From: Eledone cirrhosa
Taxonomy: Eukaryota
Assembly (NCBI GenBank): GCA_964016885.1
Contig: OZ024740.1
Location: 45,570,001 to 45,634,000, forward strand
Direction: 5' to 3'
DNA length: 64,000 nucleotides
Below, one piece after another: positions 25,479 through 38,289 of the stretch. A model generated the notes under the pieces. The model saw only the letters and a list, made by a program, of their open reading frames with translations, was not told where the DNA came from and ran no database searches. Within the stretch, counting starts at the first letter, position 1. Every line of letters begins with the position of its first letter. A program made the translations under genes and the position numbers.

Positions 25479-25575
25479 GGAATAGTCTGCCATAGCTACA
25501 AGAAACTCTGTCTTTTTCTTCAAGCTGAAAGTAAGAGCTGTTGGTGGGATTTTCGTCTTTTTCACCAACGTGAAC
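25460..25575 (-). CDS. TBC1D31: TBC1D31 coding exon 3 (FTLVKKTKIPPTALTFSLKKKTEFLVAMADYSLHCYDI)
   Basis: cag|G...ATAG|gtaat, 116 nt, phase 2 to 1. Matches the recalled SEFLVALADYSIKCFD. Confidence 0.92.
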
Positions 25576-25878
25576 CTGGAAAGGAAATAATTAAACACAA
25601 ACATTAATGAATAAGATCACCAGCCACACCACCACCACCACCACTACCACCACAACAACAACAACCGTCATCATCATCGTTATCCATATTGGCATGTGTT
25701 GGATGGGACTTTTTGAGGCAATGTTTTACACCAACCCTTTTGGATGTTTCTTACGACACACAGAGTTACAGTGTGTACCTATTTTAGACTGGCCCTTTCA
25801 TTAACATATTTCTTATGAAAGATGGTCTTTGATTTTCAAATTATTTCGAAAATGATAAAGAGTTTGAAATTTTTATAT

Positions 25879-26150
25879 ATCAGGTCATCCCATAACTAAT
25901 GTCCAATTTTAATTGTTTCCAAAACTTTACAGTATTTTAGAATGTCTAATGGCATCAAGTAATATTTATATGTATTTAAACACATTTAAACTAATTAAAT
26001 TTTATTTTGCAAGATACTGTATTTAAAATTTCACTAATTTAAACATGGAAGTGTCTAAGGAGCATTTGATGCACATAATGCTTTATGAGTAAAATAAAAG
26101 GGAACTCTGCAGCTGAAGCAACTCGAAATATTCACATGTTTTAGATAAAT
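25879..26150 (+). pseudogene. Mariner transposon 5' fossil (TIR region and transposase N-terminus)
   Basis: From 26045 reads MEVSKEHLMHIMLYE*..KGNSAAEATRNI, resembling the mariner N-terminal HTH. Stop and frameshift present. Confidence 0.7.
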
Positions 26151-28065
26151 CTAATCAGATTTGTATGATAGAAAATCAATCTCAGTTTTAGGGAGTTTGG
26201 TATCAAAATAGTAAATATTAGAGAGCAGTTATAAATAAAATACTTTATTGGACAAACTGTTGTCCAGTTGCGTGTGTTTAGTATGTGTGTGTCTGTGTCT
26301 GGGTGTGCATGTGTGCGTCTGTATGTCATTGTGTATGTGTTTGTCTGTATGTCAGTGTGCATGTGTACATCTGTATGGTATTGTTTATGTGTGTGTCAGT
26401 GTATTGGTGCTTTTTTTCCCGTGGCGCCTACGTGTCCACTTTTACAGTGTGGGCTGGGTGCTTTTTTGCCATGGCACCTCCACGACCACTTTGCAGTGGA
26501 ATGATAGGGACCCCAGTCCTATCATTTCATTTCTACAGCTGAGTAAACTGGAGCAATGTGAAATAAAGTGTCTTGCTCAAGGAAACAACACATCACCCGG
26601 TCCGAGAATTGAACTCACAACCTTTCAATTGTAAGCCCAATGCTCTAACCACAAAGCCATGTGCCTTCATATATATATATGCACACACATCATCATCGTC
26701 ACTAATACTTATGCAAGAGCCAGAAATAATTACAGCATGCTTAAAAATGTTAGTTGAAAAAACACAAAAGTTATTTAAAATTTCCAGTCATTAGACTAAT
26801 TCATGTTAACATTTATGATGATGATGATGATAATTATAATTACAATGAACATGGTTTTGATGATGATGATGGTGATAACAATGATGATGATGATGGCTTC
26901 ATTCCAGAACCAATTGCCTACACCTCAACACATATCACACAGAAGGTCATATTTTATTCTATTTTGAAAAATGATTTACACATTGTCATTTCTTAAATTC
27001 TTTGATATAACTAACTTTATATTGATAGATGTCTTTAATTAAAATTCATAGAGTAATTGTTTAATTACAATTTGGTATGTTTATATAATATTAATTTGGT
27101 AAACAATTATCTTGTGTGGAATGTCAGATGGAAGTTGGAATTTGACATTTCATGTAAGATAATTGTTAAAATTCCTTTTGAAACTAATTACCTTTGCAGT
27201 GTACCAATATTGGTAACATGTCTTCTAGAATGCAATAATAGTTATCTTTAGTAGTTTAATTTCTTTCACTGCTCTAGATTCATCTCATTATAGAATGTTA
27301 CACAACAAATATTTGAATTCAATTATGTTTTGGTTAACTAACTTTTTCATATTAACTAACTTTTTCATTATCATCATCATCTTCATTTAATGCCTGTTTT
27401 CCATGTTAGTATAGGTTTGATGGGTCAAGTCAATACTTAATTGAAACTAGTATCTTGAAAGAGAGGTTTAACAAAGTTTTTATATAAAATAACTGTTTCT
27501 ACTTTTGGCACAAGGCCATAAATTACCCAGTGCATTACTGGTACTTTATTTTATTGACTCCGTAAGGATGAAAGGCAAAGTTAACCTCGGCAGGATTTGA
27601 ACCCAGACCATAAAGGGTCATAATTCTTTGCTGCAAAGTATGTTTTTATATAAAATAACAACACTGAGTAACCAAAAGAATATGACTGTGAATACAAGCA
27701 GCCAAAATAGGGTTCCTCTGTGGGGTCTGTAGAGTAATGTTACTTGCTAGGGTACACAGCTGAGATCAGGCAGTCACTCCAAGTAGAGCTGCTAGTTCTT
27801 CACATTAAGAACTCACAGCTCCAGTACTACAGACCTGTGGTTAGAATGTCTAAGGAAAGAATGGTAGGAGATCGAGAGGTAGATCAGGAGCAAGATAGCT
27901 GTTTAACAGCCATAAGCTCAGTTTATCAGACAGGAACCTCTGGAAGGCATATCTGAGGGCTTAGCTTCCATGACCCTCTTAGGAATAAGTGGGCAAAGAA
28001 GAACAAAAACAAGAACAACAGCAACAACAATCTTATTATTATACTAATAAAATAAAATGTCTCAC

Positions 28066-28224
28066 CAATTTCTGTTTAAATTGAAAGCAAAAATATTTCC
28101 ATGGTGGTCAGCTGCAATAAACTGTTCTCCAGTACGGTCAAAGGATGCACAGAGAAAACGGACTGTCCGGGAAGGATAAGTGACTGATGAGTCTAAAACA
28201 CTGTGACATACTTGAACAATAATT
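28066..28224 (-). CDS. TBC1D31: TBC1D31 coding exon 2 (IIVQVCH...RFLCASFDRTGEQFIAADHHGNIFAFNLNRN)
   Basis: tag|A...TG|gtgag, 159 nt. Matches the recalled RFLNVAFDGTGDCLIAGDHQGNIYVFDL. Confidence 0.92.
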
Positions 28225-28271
28225 CTACAAAAGAAGAGAAACATATACCCAGTGTGAAAGGTGTTAGAAAA

Positions 28272-28677
28272 TAACCCTTCTGTTACCATATTTCTAATTG
28301 AAAGACACTCCCTATGTCATTAGCGGTTTCATTACCATATTTCAATGAATGACACTCCCTATGTCAATAGCCCTTTTGTTACCATATTTCTAATGAAAGA
28401 CACTCCCTATGTCAATAGCTCTTTTGTTACAATATTTCTAATGAAAGATACTCCCTATGTCAATAACCCTTTTGTTACAATATTTCTAATGAAAGACACT
28501 CCCTATGTCAATAACCCTTTTGTTACAATATTTCTAATGAAAGACACTCCCTGTGTCAATAGCCCTTTTGTTACAATATTTCTAATGAAAGACACTCCCT
28601 ATGTCAATAGCCCTTTTGTTACCATATTTCCAATGAAAGACACTCCCTATTTCAATAGCCCTTTTGTTACCATATTT
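28272..28677. repeat. 48-bp minisatellite, left half; it resumes at 32713-32855 after the LINE insertion
   Basis: Unit ttctaatgaaagacactccctatgtcaatagcccttttgttaccatat. The ORF track shows a 16-aa period. Confidence 0.92.
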
Positions 28678-31600
28678 TTCCAGCCATCCATCTAATCTAC
28701 GAAGGTATTTTAGCCTACATATTGTCGTTAATATTATGATGTTCCCTGCTGTATTAGCGTTAAATTTTCCCTGCTGTATTAGCGATAAATTTTCGAGGGT
28801 TTCTCTTAGTAGTTTTTCATGACGTTATTATTGTTAATTTTACTGATGTAGTATTAACTTATTAACTTGGATATTTACCATGCGGTATTCTAATCCTATT
28901 GTATCTCTCTCAGTTATTTACCATGCGACCCTCAGTTCCTACCCCCCCTCTCTATGCACTTCGTTAAGGCTTACTACCCTGTCTTTAACCTAATTCATTC
29001 AATCTGAAAATATTGAAGAGATAAGACACTTTCCCATTCTTCTCTGCTAAAATGTATCACTAGAGCTGATTCCAATTTTTCCAGCCATCCATCTAATCTA
29101 CGAAGGTATTTTAGCCTACATATTGTCGTTAATATTATGATGTTCCCTGCAGTATTAGCGTTAAATTTTCCCTGCTGTATTAGCGATAAATTTTCGAGGG
29201 TTTCTCTTAGTAGTTTTTCATGACGTTATTATTGTTAATTTTACTGATGTAGTATTAACTTATTAACTTGGATATTTACCATGCGGTATTCTAATCCTAT
29301 TGTATCTCTCTCAGTTATTTACCATGCGACCCTCAGTTCCTACCCCCCACCCTCTCTATGCACTTCGTTAAGGCTTACTACCCTGTCTTTAACCTAATTC
29401 ATTCAATCTGAAAATATTGAAGAGATAAGACACTTTCCCATTCTTCTCTGCTAAAATGTATCACTAGAGCTGATTCCAATTTTTCCAGCCATCCATCTAA
29501 TCTACGAAGGTATTTTAGCCTACATATTGTCGTTAATATTATGATGTTCCTTGCTGTATTAGCGTTAAATTTTCCCTGCTGTATTAGCGATAAATTTTCG
29601 AGGGTTTCTTTTAGTAGTTTTTCATGACGTTATTATTGTTAATTTTACTGATGTAGTATTAACTTGGATATTTACCATGCGACCCCCAGTTCCTACCTCA
29701 CAATTTCCCTCCCCCCACCCCCACACACCACCATAGTCTATTCGACCAATCAAACCTAGCATGCCATTTCCACTGCTGCTGCTACTACCTGCCTAACTAA
29801 CTCTCTCCTCCTCTGGCGCATCCCAACACACCCTGCCATTACCCCACCACCACTGTTCTTCTAGCCCTCAATTTTCCCACCGTTATGGATGGATGAGCTG
29901 GGAATACACGAGCAACTCTGAATCAATAGATGAAATATGAATCTGCGAGCTACCAAGCACCCACGTGAAGCGCCAACCCAGAGACCCTCCCCTACGAGTG
30001 TCGACAAATGCCCAAAACTCCGAGTTGGTACCATCAATGTAGGCTCAATGAAAGGAAGAGCAGGAGAAATCGTAGAAATGCTAGAGCGAAAGGAAGTTGA
30101 TGTATGCTGTGTGCAAGAGACTAGATGGAGAGGAGGGTCTGCTAGAGTCCTTGTAGGAAAAAGCCAGTGCTACAAATTTTTCTGGGTGGGAAATGACGAT
30201 GGGATGGGTGGTGTAGGTATACTATTAGCTGACAAGTGGGTAGATAAAGTAATCTCAGTGTACAGGGTAAATGCAAGAATCATTAAACTCAGACTAGTCC
30301 TGAATAAGACAATTACCACAATAATATCAGCTTACGCACCCCAATCGGGGCTGCCAGACGAACTTAAGGATAGGTTTTACGAGTCCCTAATACACACTAC
30401 TGCTCTAACAGACGACAAGGACTTCCTAATCATTGCAGGAGATTTTAACGGACACGTAGGTAAACACTGCGACGGCTTCAATAGAGTACATGGAGGCCAT
30501 GGAGTTGGCACAAGGAATGAGGAAGGATTCAGACTTCTAGAATTCTGCGACGCCAATGACATGTCGATATGTAACACAAACTTTAAAAAACCCGACAACC
30601 ACCTGATCACCTATAGATCAGGGGAGCACTCTAGTCAGTTAGATTTTATCCTCATCAGAGGACGTGACAGATGGACGGTCGTAAACACAAAAGCCTTCCC
30701 TAGTGAGGAATGTACATCCCAACATAGCTTAGTTGTCAGCGACCTCACGGTCAGAACTAGACGAGCCCTGAAACAGAGGCCAACCTGGAGAAGAAAGATC
30801 TGGAAGCTGAAAGTCCCCTCAACCAGTAACAGATTTAAAGATATTTTACTCAACGCCTACGACAGTAAAGAAGAACAGATAGAGACATTTAACGTAGAAG
30901 AGAACTGGGAGTTCCTAAAAAATAACTTACTAGAGGCGACGGATGAGGTTTGTGGCTGGAGTAAGACCTCAAGCAGGAGGAGAGTGACTTGGTGGTGGAA
31001 CAATAAGGTAGATGAAGCAGTCAAGGCCAAGAGACAGGCATGGAAAGAATGGAAGAACGGGGGGAGCAGGGTACATTACATAGAGACCAAGAGGGAAGCT
31101 AGGCGACAAGTATACTTAGCTAGGAGGGAAGCAGAGGATAGAAAATTCAAGCATGTTTTACAACGTGAGGACCAGAAACAGGAGGTATTCAAGATTGCGA
31201 GGCAGTGTGTCAGAGATAGTTGTGATGTCATTGGAGAGAAGTGTATCCGGAATGATAAAGGTGAGCTTGCCCTCACAAGTGCTGAGAAGAAAGATGCATG
31301 GAAGAGTCATTATGATAGATTACTAAATGAGGAGAATGCATGGGAAGAAGAGACCCTACCCCACGTAGACCCTATAGAGGGACCAGCAGTACAAGTCAGC
31401 GGCAGCATAGTAAGTAAGGCAATCAGAGATATGAAGATAGGGAAGGCAACCGGTCCATCGGGTATAGCTGCCGAGATGCTGAAGGCATCTGGGTCTGTAG
31501 GTCACACTATAACCACACGTATCGTTAACCAGGTAATACTAGAGGGGGCCATACCAAAAGATTGGTGCAGTAGCATTATTGTCAACTGCTACAAAGGTAA

Positions 31601-32712
31601 AGGCGATGCACTAGATAGAGGAAACTATAGAGGTATAAAGTTGATGGACCAGGTCATGAAAGTAACAGAAAGAGTTATAGCACAGCTGATTAGGGACCGG
31701 GTGAATATAGACGAGATGCAATTTGGGTTTGTACCAGGGAAAGGCACCACTGATGCCCTCTTCCTTGTGAGGCAATTACAGGAAAAGTACCTAGCTAAAA
31801 GTAAGCCACTCTACTTGGCATTTGTCGACCTTGAGAAAGCCTTTGACAGAGTTCCACGTGCAGTAATCTGGTGGGCTCTTAGAAAACTAGGAGTAGATGA
31901 ATGGCTTGTGAAAGCGGTACAAGCCATGTATAGGGGAGCAGTCAGCAAAGTTAGGATTGGCAATGAGTATAGCGAGGAATTTAGCGTACAGGTTGGGGTC
32001 CACCAGGGCTCTGTTCTTAGCCCTCTCCTGTTCATCATAGTCCTGCAGGCAATAACGGAGGAGTTTAAGACCGGATGCCCATGGGAACTCCTGTATGCTG
32101 ATGACCTCGCACTCATAGCTGAATCTATGGTAGAACTAGAGAATAAATTCCAAACCTGGAAGCAGGGACTAGAGAGAAAGGGTCTCAAAGTCAACATGAC
32201 AAAGACTAAGGTCCTTATAAGTAGACGAGAAAACAGAACCCAGATCCCCTCAGGGAAATGGCCTTGCTCAGTATGTAGGAAAGGTGTAGGTAGGAACTCC
32301 ATTCTCTGCCCCAAATGCAAACAATGGGTACACAAGAGATGTAGCGGGATCTCAGGAAGCTTAATTAAGAATGTAGGATTCACATGCAGCAGCTGTGCTG
32401 AAACAGCAAGCAAACAGCCACAGGAAACAAGTACCACCAATCTCTGGGAGGGCCCTGTAGAAACAGTAGACAGCTTCTGCTACCTAGGTGACCGAATTAG
32501 CAACGGAGGTGGGTGCTCAGAAAGTACAATAACTAGGGTAAGAACGGGATGGAAGAAGTTTAGGGAACTACTACCACTGCTAGCTGCAAAAGGCTTCTCC
32601 CTCAGAATGCAAGGCATGGTCAGCCGACCAGACACTGCCCACAACAGGACAACCCGTCTAACCCATGTTAGCGTGGAAGAACGGACGTAAAACGGTGATG
32701 ATGATGATGATG
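28678..32712 (+). mobile_element. RTE-clade LINE, near full length, with tandem ~400-bp 5' monomers and an internal 3' deletion
   Basis: Inserted within one minisatellite unit, with a (GAT)n tail. Monomers start at about 28681, 29082 and 29486. Confidence 0.9.
29937..32690 (+). CDS. RTE ORF: AP endonuclease, reverse transcriptase, PHD-like Cys/His finger; C-terminus truncated
   Basis: Endonuclease VGTINV, VQETRW, GDFNGH; RT QFGF, HQGS, YADD; finger CSVC..CPKCKQWVHKRC..CSSC. Confidence 0.93.
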   Translation: MNLRATKHPREAPTQRPSPTSVDKCPKLRVGTINVGSMKGRAGEIVEMLERKEVDVCCVQETRWRGGSARVLVGKSQCYKFFWVGNDDGMGGVGILLADKWVDKVISVYRVNARIIKLRLVLNKTITTIISAYAPQSGLPDELKDRFYESLIHTTALTDDKDFLIIAGDFNGHVGKHCDGFNRVHGGHGVGTRNEEGFRLLEFCDANDMSICNTNFKKPDNHLITYRSGEHSSQLDFILIRGRDRWTVVNTKAFPSEECTSQHSLVVSDLTVRTRRALKQRPTWRRKIWKLKVPSTSNRFKDILLNAYDSKEEQIETFNVEENWEFLKNNLLEATDEVCGWSKTSSRRRVTWWWNNKVDEAVKAKRQAWKEWKNGGSRVHYIETKREARRQVYLARREAEDRKFKHVLQREDQKQEVFKIARQCVRDSCDVIGEKCIRNDKGELALTSAEKKDAWKSHYDRLLNEENAWEEETLPHVDPIEGPAVQVSGSIVSKAIRDMKIGKATGPSGIAAEMLKASGSVGHTITTRIVNQVILEGAIPKDWCSSIIVNCYKGKGDALDRGNYRGIKLMDQVMKVTERVIAQLIRDRVNIDEMQFGFVPGKGTTDALFLVRQLQEKYLAKSKPLYLAFVDLEKAFDRVPRAVIWWALRKLGVDEWLVKAVQAMYRGAVSKVRIGNEYSEEFSVQVGVHQGSVLSPLLFIIVLQAITEEFKTGCPWELLYADDLALIAESMVELENKFQTWKQGLERKGLKVNMTKTKVLISRRENRTQIPSGKWPCSVCRKGVGRNSILCPKCKQWVHKRCSGISGSLIKNVGFTCSSCAETASKQPQETSTTNLWEGPVETVDSFCYLGDRISNGGGCSESTITRVRTGWKKFRELLPLLAAKGFSLRMQGMVSRPDTAHNRTTRLTHVSVEERT

Positions 32713-35700
32713 ATTTCTAATGAAAGACACTCCCTGTGTCAATAGCCCTTTTGTTACAATATTTCTAATGAAAGACACTCCCTATGTCAATAACCCTTTT
32801 GTTACAATATTTCTAATGAAAGACACTCCCTATGTCAATAACCCTTTTGTTACAAGCAGAAAGAGTAATGTGAAATAAAGTGTCTTGCTCAAGGATATAA
32901 TGCATCACCTGGTCCTGGACTGAAACTCACAACCTCACGATTGTGAATCCAATTCTCTTACCACTAAGCCATGTAATTTTTATCATCATCTAAGCTATAT
33001 AATTTTTATCATCATCATCAGGGCTTAACATCTATTTTCCATGCTTGCATGTGTTAGATGTGTTGACATATTCTGCGGCTAGATAGATCAGGTGACTATG
33101 TCTTGCTCTTATGTTCAAGTTTGGGCTTGGTTTCTGCAGTGTGTACTGGGAGCATTTTATTGTAACTCTGGTACTACTACCATTTTATAGAGTGGGATAG
33201 GCAGCATTTTTATCAAGGTACTAGCACCTGGTAGGCATTGGTGGGAGTGGGATGGGGGAATGGGGTCTTGCCACCATGAGAGAAGTGTTTTGTACCTGTT
33301 AGAAATCCTTGTTAGTAGTAGTGGTGGTAGTAGTGTCATGTTGTTGAAAGCTAGGTTTCAGTACACTGACAATAGATCTTCTTTGAAGAAAATGACATTA
33401 ACTCTTGTTTGATTCAATGGCTTTATTTCATATATAATACAGGTTAGGGTTCATTAGGATTAGCGTTTTCTGTCAACTTGTGTGTATGTCAGCAAAGTAT
33501 GGATGGGCTGAGAGAAAAACTAAATATAAGAGGAATCAATGTAGTGTACAAGAGAGAAGACTGCACTGGTATGGACATATATGTGATGCATATAGATGGT
33601 GATTGTTGTGTGAAGTGCCATTAGTTTTCAGTGGAAGGAAGTTGCAGTAGAGGAAGACCTGGGCAGAAGTAGTGAGAGCAGATCTCAAAATGCTGAACCT
33701 GGCTGAGATGATGATGAAGAAACACAGTAGATGGAGGGAAGCTGTTGTAATGGAATACTCCTATGTTTTACCTGGTGAAGATTCGAAACCGAATCTGAGG
33801 GTTCTCGCCTCTAAAACTACCTATTGTTGGTAATTCCCAACCATTGTCCTGTCAAGAGACAATTATGACAAACGTATATACCACTTGACCTGTGACCCCA
33901 GGTTCTTGACAGATGAAACACACATGGCTGCTCCTAAATCAACCCATATACATATCCTTCTAGCTATAGGGTTATAGCTAGAAGGATATTATAAATACAA
34001 GTACTTAGAGAGTCCACCAGAGAGACCGAAGCAGCAGTCTGTGAGAGGTTAACAATGTAGCATATTCACTTTCTACAGACCTTTCACTCTCTCTCTCTCC
34101 TGGCCTTACAGGCTCTCACATTTCATACCAGCTCGGCAGATTGACCACTACGTATGCTAAGGATAGACACACACGCACAGTAGGTTTACTTATATTTTCC
34201 CTACTCTTTCGTCTTCCTGTTATTTCACTTCTATCTATTGTATCGTTTTATTGATACATGCTAGCTCGAAGTAGCTAGTCAGAAAATAATTGTTTCTACT
34301 TTAGGCACAAGGCCAGCAATTACCCAGTGCATTACTGGTACTTTATTTTATCGACCCCGTAAGGATGGAAGGCAAAGTCAACCTCGGCGGGATTTGAACT
34401 CAGATCGTAAAGGGACGTAACTATGTTGGAAAGCATGGCGTCCGACCCTCTACTGATACTGCCAATCCAAGAAAATAATGTAGTGATAATTGCTGTCACG
34501 ATTTTATTACTCGACATTCAATGTACCAACAAGTGAATTTTGTTATTATAAAATAAACATTGTCAACATCACAATTCTTGCATCATTCTTATTATCATTC
34601 ATCCTGAAAAGAATACATCTATTCACTACATAATGGTGACCCCCATCACTACACTGTGTTGGAAAAGACCTGTCTAACCCATGCTAGCATGGAAAAAACA
34701 GGCATAAAAGGGTGGTTGTTGATGATGATGTTGATAAGGGGGAAAGCATGGGAAACGAATCTGGTGAATCAGATATTATTTTCTTCAAAGGAGAGCTATT
34801 GTCAAGGATACCCTTGGGTTTAGGGGCCCTCATGTAAAACATTCATGACAATGTTCTCTGTTAATAGCGCCATGACAACAAAGAACCTCTGTATAGTCGT
34901 TGATATGTGTTAGAAATAGCAGCCAAATCACACCATCTTTCAAATACGGAAGGATATAGTAAAGATATAAATTATGTCTGAAAAGAGGGAATTGTCACAA
35001 CTAGAATGCCTGTTGATCACAGGTCTGTTTGACCAGGGCTGCTGATCTGGAAGTAAATACCAACACCCATATGGTAAAAACAATGTCTCATTTATTTATG
35101 GGTCACGGAGAATCTTACCCTAATACAATTTTGGAAAACAACTTTTTTTCCCCAGAATAGTAATGTCCTATTTCAGATGTAGGAAGCTGAAGAAAGTTTC
35201 GAGAAAAAATAAATAAATAAAAATGAATGTTGAATGTTTGTGATAAAATGGAAATTTCGAAAACATTTTTTAAGAATCGTAATCCTTTATGTTTCAAATG
35301 TGCGAACATAAAGAAATTTTCGATATAGAATAAAAAGTTAGTGACTCGAAATTCAGCCCTTTATTTTTGTTCATTTCATACTACAAACATATTATTTTAT
35401 AATAGTTACATAACATAATAGGTTATTTTTTATTTTCATAAACGAGATTTGATTAGCATATAATTAATTAATGGACGATTCTTCACATTATGTAACGGTA
35501 TAAAATGTATTGTAAATAAAGACATCTTGTTTCATCCAATATTGTCTCGTATACTCCACAACTTTCTAGTATAAGAGACAAAACAAGAAATCCAGTAGCA
35601 TTATCGTCATCATAAACATAATTATACGTCCACATCTCATGTTTGGACGGGTTGTTACGGTCCGAGTCAGTTTTTATTCGGAGTTTCTGACGTCCTAGAC

Positions 35701-36070
35701 ATCACACTCATAAGTCTGATGTGTGTATGTTGACTTAAAAAAAAGACTTTGGTAGAATTACTGGACCAAACAATATTTTGTTAGAATATATTTTATAATT
35801 TAAAAAAACCCATTAAATATACACATTTGAGATATTCTTCTTAATCTTTTTCAGAAAGTTTAATGCTGTTCCTGTTTGCCTCAACAAGTATTAGAGGGAA
35901 ACTCCGGTGTGGTGTGTAACCAATTGACAAACTTAAGTGTTGACTTAATATTTTCTTTCGTTTTGATTCTATTATTTTCATATATATTGTATATGTGTGT
36001 ATGTGTTGAATTTTGACAATTGTTTTTGTAATTTCAAGCTATCTATATTGTCAACATATTTGTTTAGAAG

Positions 36071-36236
36071 AGGCTATTTTGCCGGTCCTAACCCTAACCC
36101 AAACCTAACACAATTTAGGTTTACCGGCAAAATAGCCCCCCGGGGGGGGGGGGGGGTCTATTTTACCGGGACCGGTAAAATAAGCTTAAAAAGCATGTTT
36201 GTCTATTTTACCGGGACCGGCAAAGTAGATATTACA
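36071..36236. repeat. Short palindromic element with telomere-like ctaaccctaacc insert (probable non-autonomous DNA element end)
   Basis: ggctattttgccggt...accggcaaaatagcc inverted pair, plus two ctattttaccgggaccggyaaa palindromes. Confidence 0.55.
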
Positions 36237-36769
36237 GACATGTTTGGGAAAAAAATGTGAACTTTGCTATTATGTAATTTTATGTACATTGTTTTTTTTT
36301 TTCGATATAATGAAATAAAGTATCAGTGAAATATGTTATTCTCATTCATAAGGACATAAAAAAGAAGAAAACAGCAGTTATTGAATGGAATAGTAAACAT
36401 CACAATCGTACATGATTTTAAAAATAAATATGACAAATATCAGATGAATAAATAGATTGAAATACAGAGTAAGAGGCGAGCAGAAAGAAAGCATTAAGTG
36501 TAAAGAAAATCTCACAAAACTTCAACTGTTTGTATTTTCAGTTGAGTTTACAGCAGTAATATCTAATGTAGACAAACGGTCAACGATTTGTGGTGAGGGA
36601 TAATTGATTTGATCAGCCAAAATGTTTAATGAACGGATTTGTATAAGAATATTATCTATTTAATGGTAATCTTCATAATGGAAAATGTACTGGTTAAGAA
36701 AGTTACGAATTAACAAAATCGAGAAAGGGAGGGGTGCACATTAAAAGGTAAACATGCCAGATGACCCAT

Positions 36770-36900
36770 ACACTGAATCAAACAGTTACTTTGCTAAGGG
36801 TCGGAATTTTATCTCAATTACGTTACTAAGGGTCGAAATTTTATCTCAATTAGTTTGCCAAGGGTCAATATTTTATTTCAGTTAGGTTGCTAAGGGTCAA
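36770..36900. repeat. Short ~32-bp tandem array (ttgctaagggtc...ttttatctcaatta, about 4 copies)
   Basis: Seen directly. Confidence 0.75.
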
Positions 36901-36965
36901 TTGAAAGTGTCCATTTATTACTAGAAACATACTACTAGAAGAAATAGTACACGAAAATGTTACTT

Positions 36966-37210
36966 AGGGTAATTCTTCGTTTTATGATCACAAACAACTT
37001 CCAGTAATTTCCGTTAGTGGAAATGACAATTAAAAAATATAAATATTAAAAAGTGTATATCTGTAAAATATTTATTAAGAAAATTATGTAAAAACAAACT
37101 CAGGTGGGGGATACTAAATTGTAGTTATATACATATATACATACACAAATTACCATTTTTACTCAGAAATTACCAGAGTTTTTCTGTGATCTTAAAACGA
37201 AGGATTCCCA
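36966..37210. mobile_element. Degenerate MITE-like inverted repeat just inside TBC1D31 intron 1
   Basis: ttcttcgttttatgatcaca...gtaatttc versus gaaattac...tgtgatcttaaaacgaagga. Confidence 0.5.
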
Positions 37211-37258
37211 ATTAATAATAAAAATGACAATAATAAAATAACACATATTTAAAATTAC

Positions 37259-37335
37259 CCATCTTGATTTGATGGTGAAGGTTTTCGATGCCATATTCTC
37301 CCCTCGTTTTTCCTACATACATCCAGATATTGCAT
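37259..37335 (-). CDS. TBC1D31: TBC1D31 coding exon 1 (MQYLDVCRKNEGRIWHRKPSPSNQDG)
   Basis: ATG at 37335, GG|gtaat donor, 77 nt. Matches the recalled N-terminus MQSTDLGNKESGKIWHRKPSPATRDG. Confidence 0.92.
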
Positions 37336-38087
37336 ATTTACAGAATATAATCAACAGAAATTACAAATAATTCAGTTAGAATCATAACCAACAACCTGTT
37401 CTAACTTGTCACAGTTTGTAATCTGGCGCTTCATTTTAGTTTATTTTAAGTCATAGCTTCGTATTAAAGAATCACCAATAATTTAAATCATGTAAAATTT
37501 AAACAATGTGAATATTTATTATAAAATATTTTTATTTACAACGAATGTAAGATTCTGATTTTTATTTCCATTTACATTATGTACAACAAAATAATAACAG
37601 ACGATAGTAAATACGGTGTAAAATTAACGACAATCTTGTTTGAAAATGCATATTTGCAAACACGGTGTAAACTCAACGGACGTCCTGTCTACAAATATGC
37701 TCAAATGCTTGGTAATCACAGATCTGTTATGAGGGTGCTGCTGTGATCCATCTCCGAATGCTAGAGCCGATGTCTCATTAAGTGGTGAAGTAACTCTAGA
37801 TTTTTTGGCCCCTTCCACCGCGACACCATAGCTACTCGATATAGACGACGAAACTCCTGTACAACAGCACAATATTAGGTGAGTCTGATGTGACTCCGGC
37901 CACATCAACGCGTCAGAAAACCATGAAATTTGATAAGTCTGGTGTTATGATATATCAATTTGTGTGTGTGTGTGTGTGTGACGGCAAGGGGCTAGCCGTC
38001 AGGCAGCAAATCATTATAGTACTTACACTCAACTTTCTTAAATATCGAGTACTAAGCTGAACAGTGGGCTAACTAGTTTAAACTGGT

Positions 38088-38216
<129 letters not shown>

Positions 38217-38289
38217 CCCCTCTCTCTCTCTCTAAATATATATATAGTAATAATAATAAATAAATATATATAGTAATAATAATAAATTT

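Noticed and set aside
28272-28677. 48-bp array as a fourth amplified splice acceptor (ttcattag|AAATATTGT resembles tag|AATTATTGT of exon 2)
   Set aside because: It does not overlap the exon, and the unit matches a dispersed motif also seen near 165-200, so the resemblance may be chance.
30377-32440. Antisense ORFs over the LINE (and over the Gypsy and Penelope ORFs)
   Set aside because: Shadow ORFs of the sense coding sequence, with no motifs.
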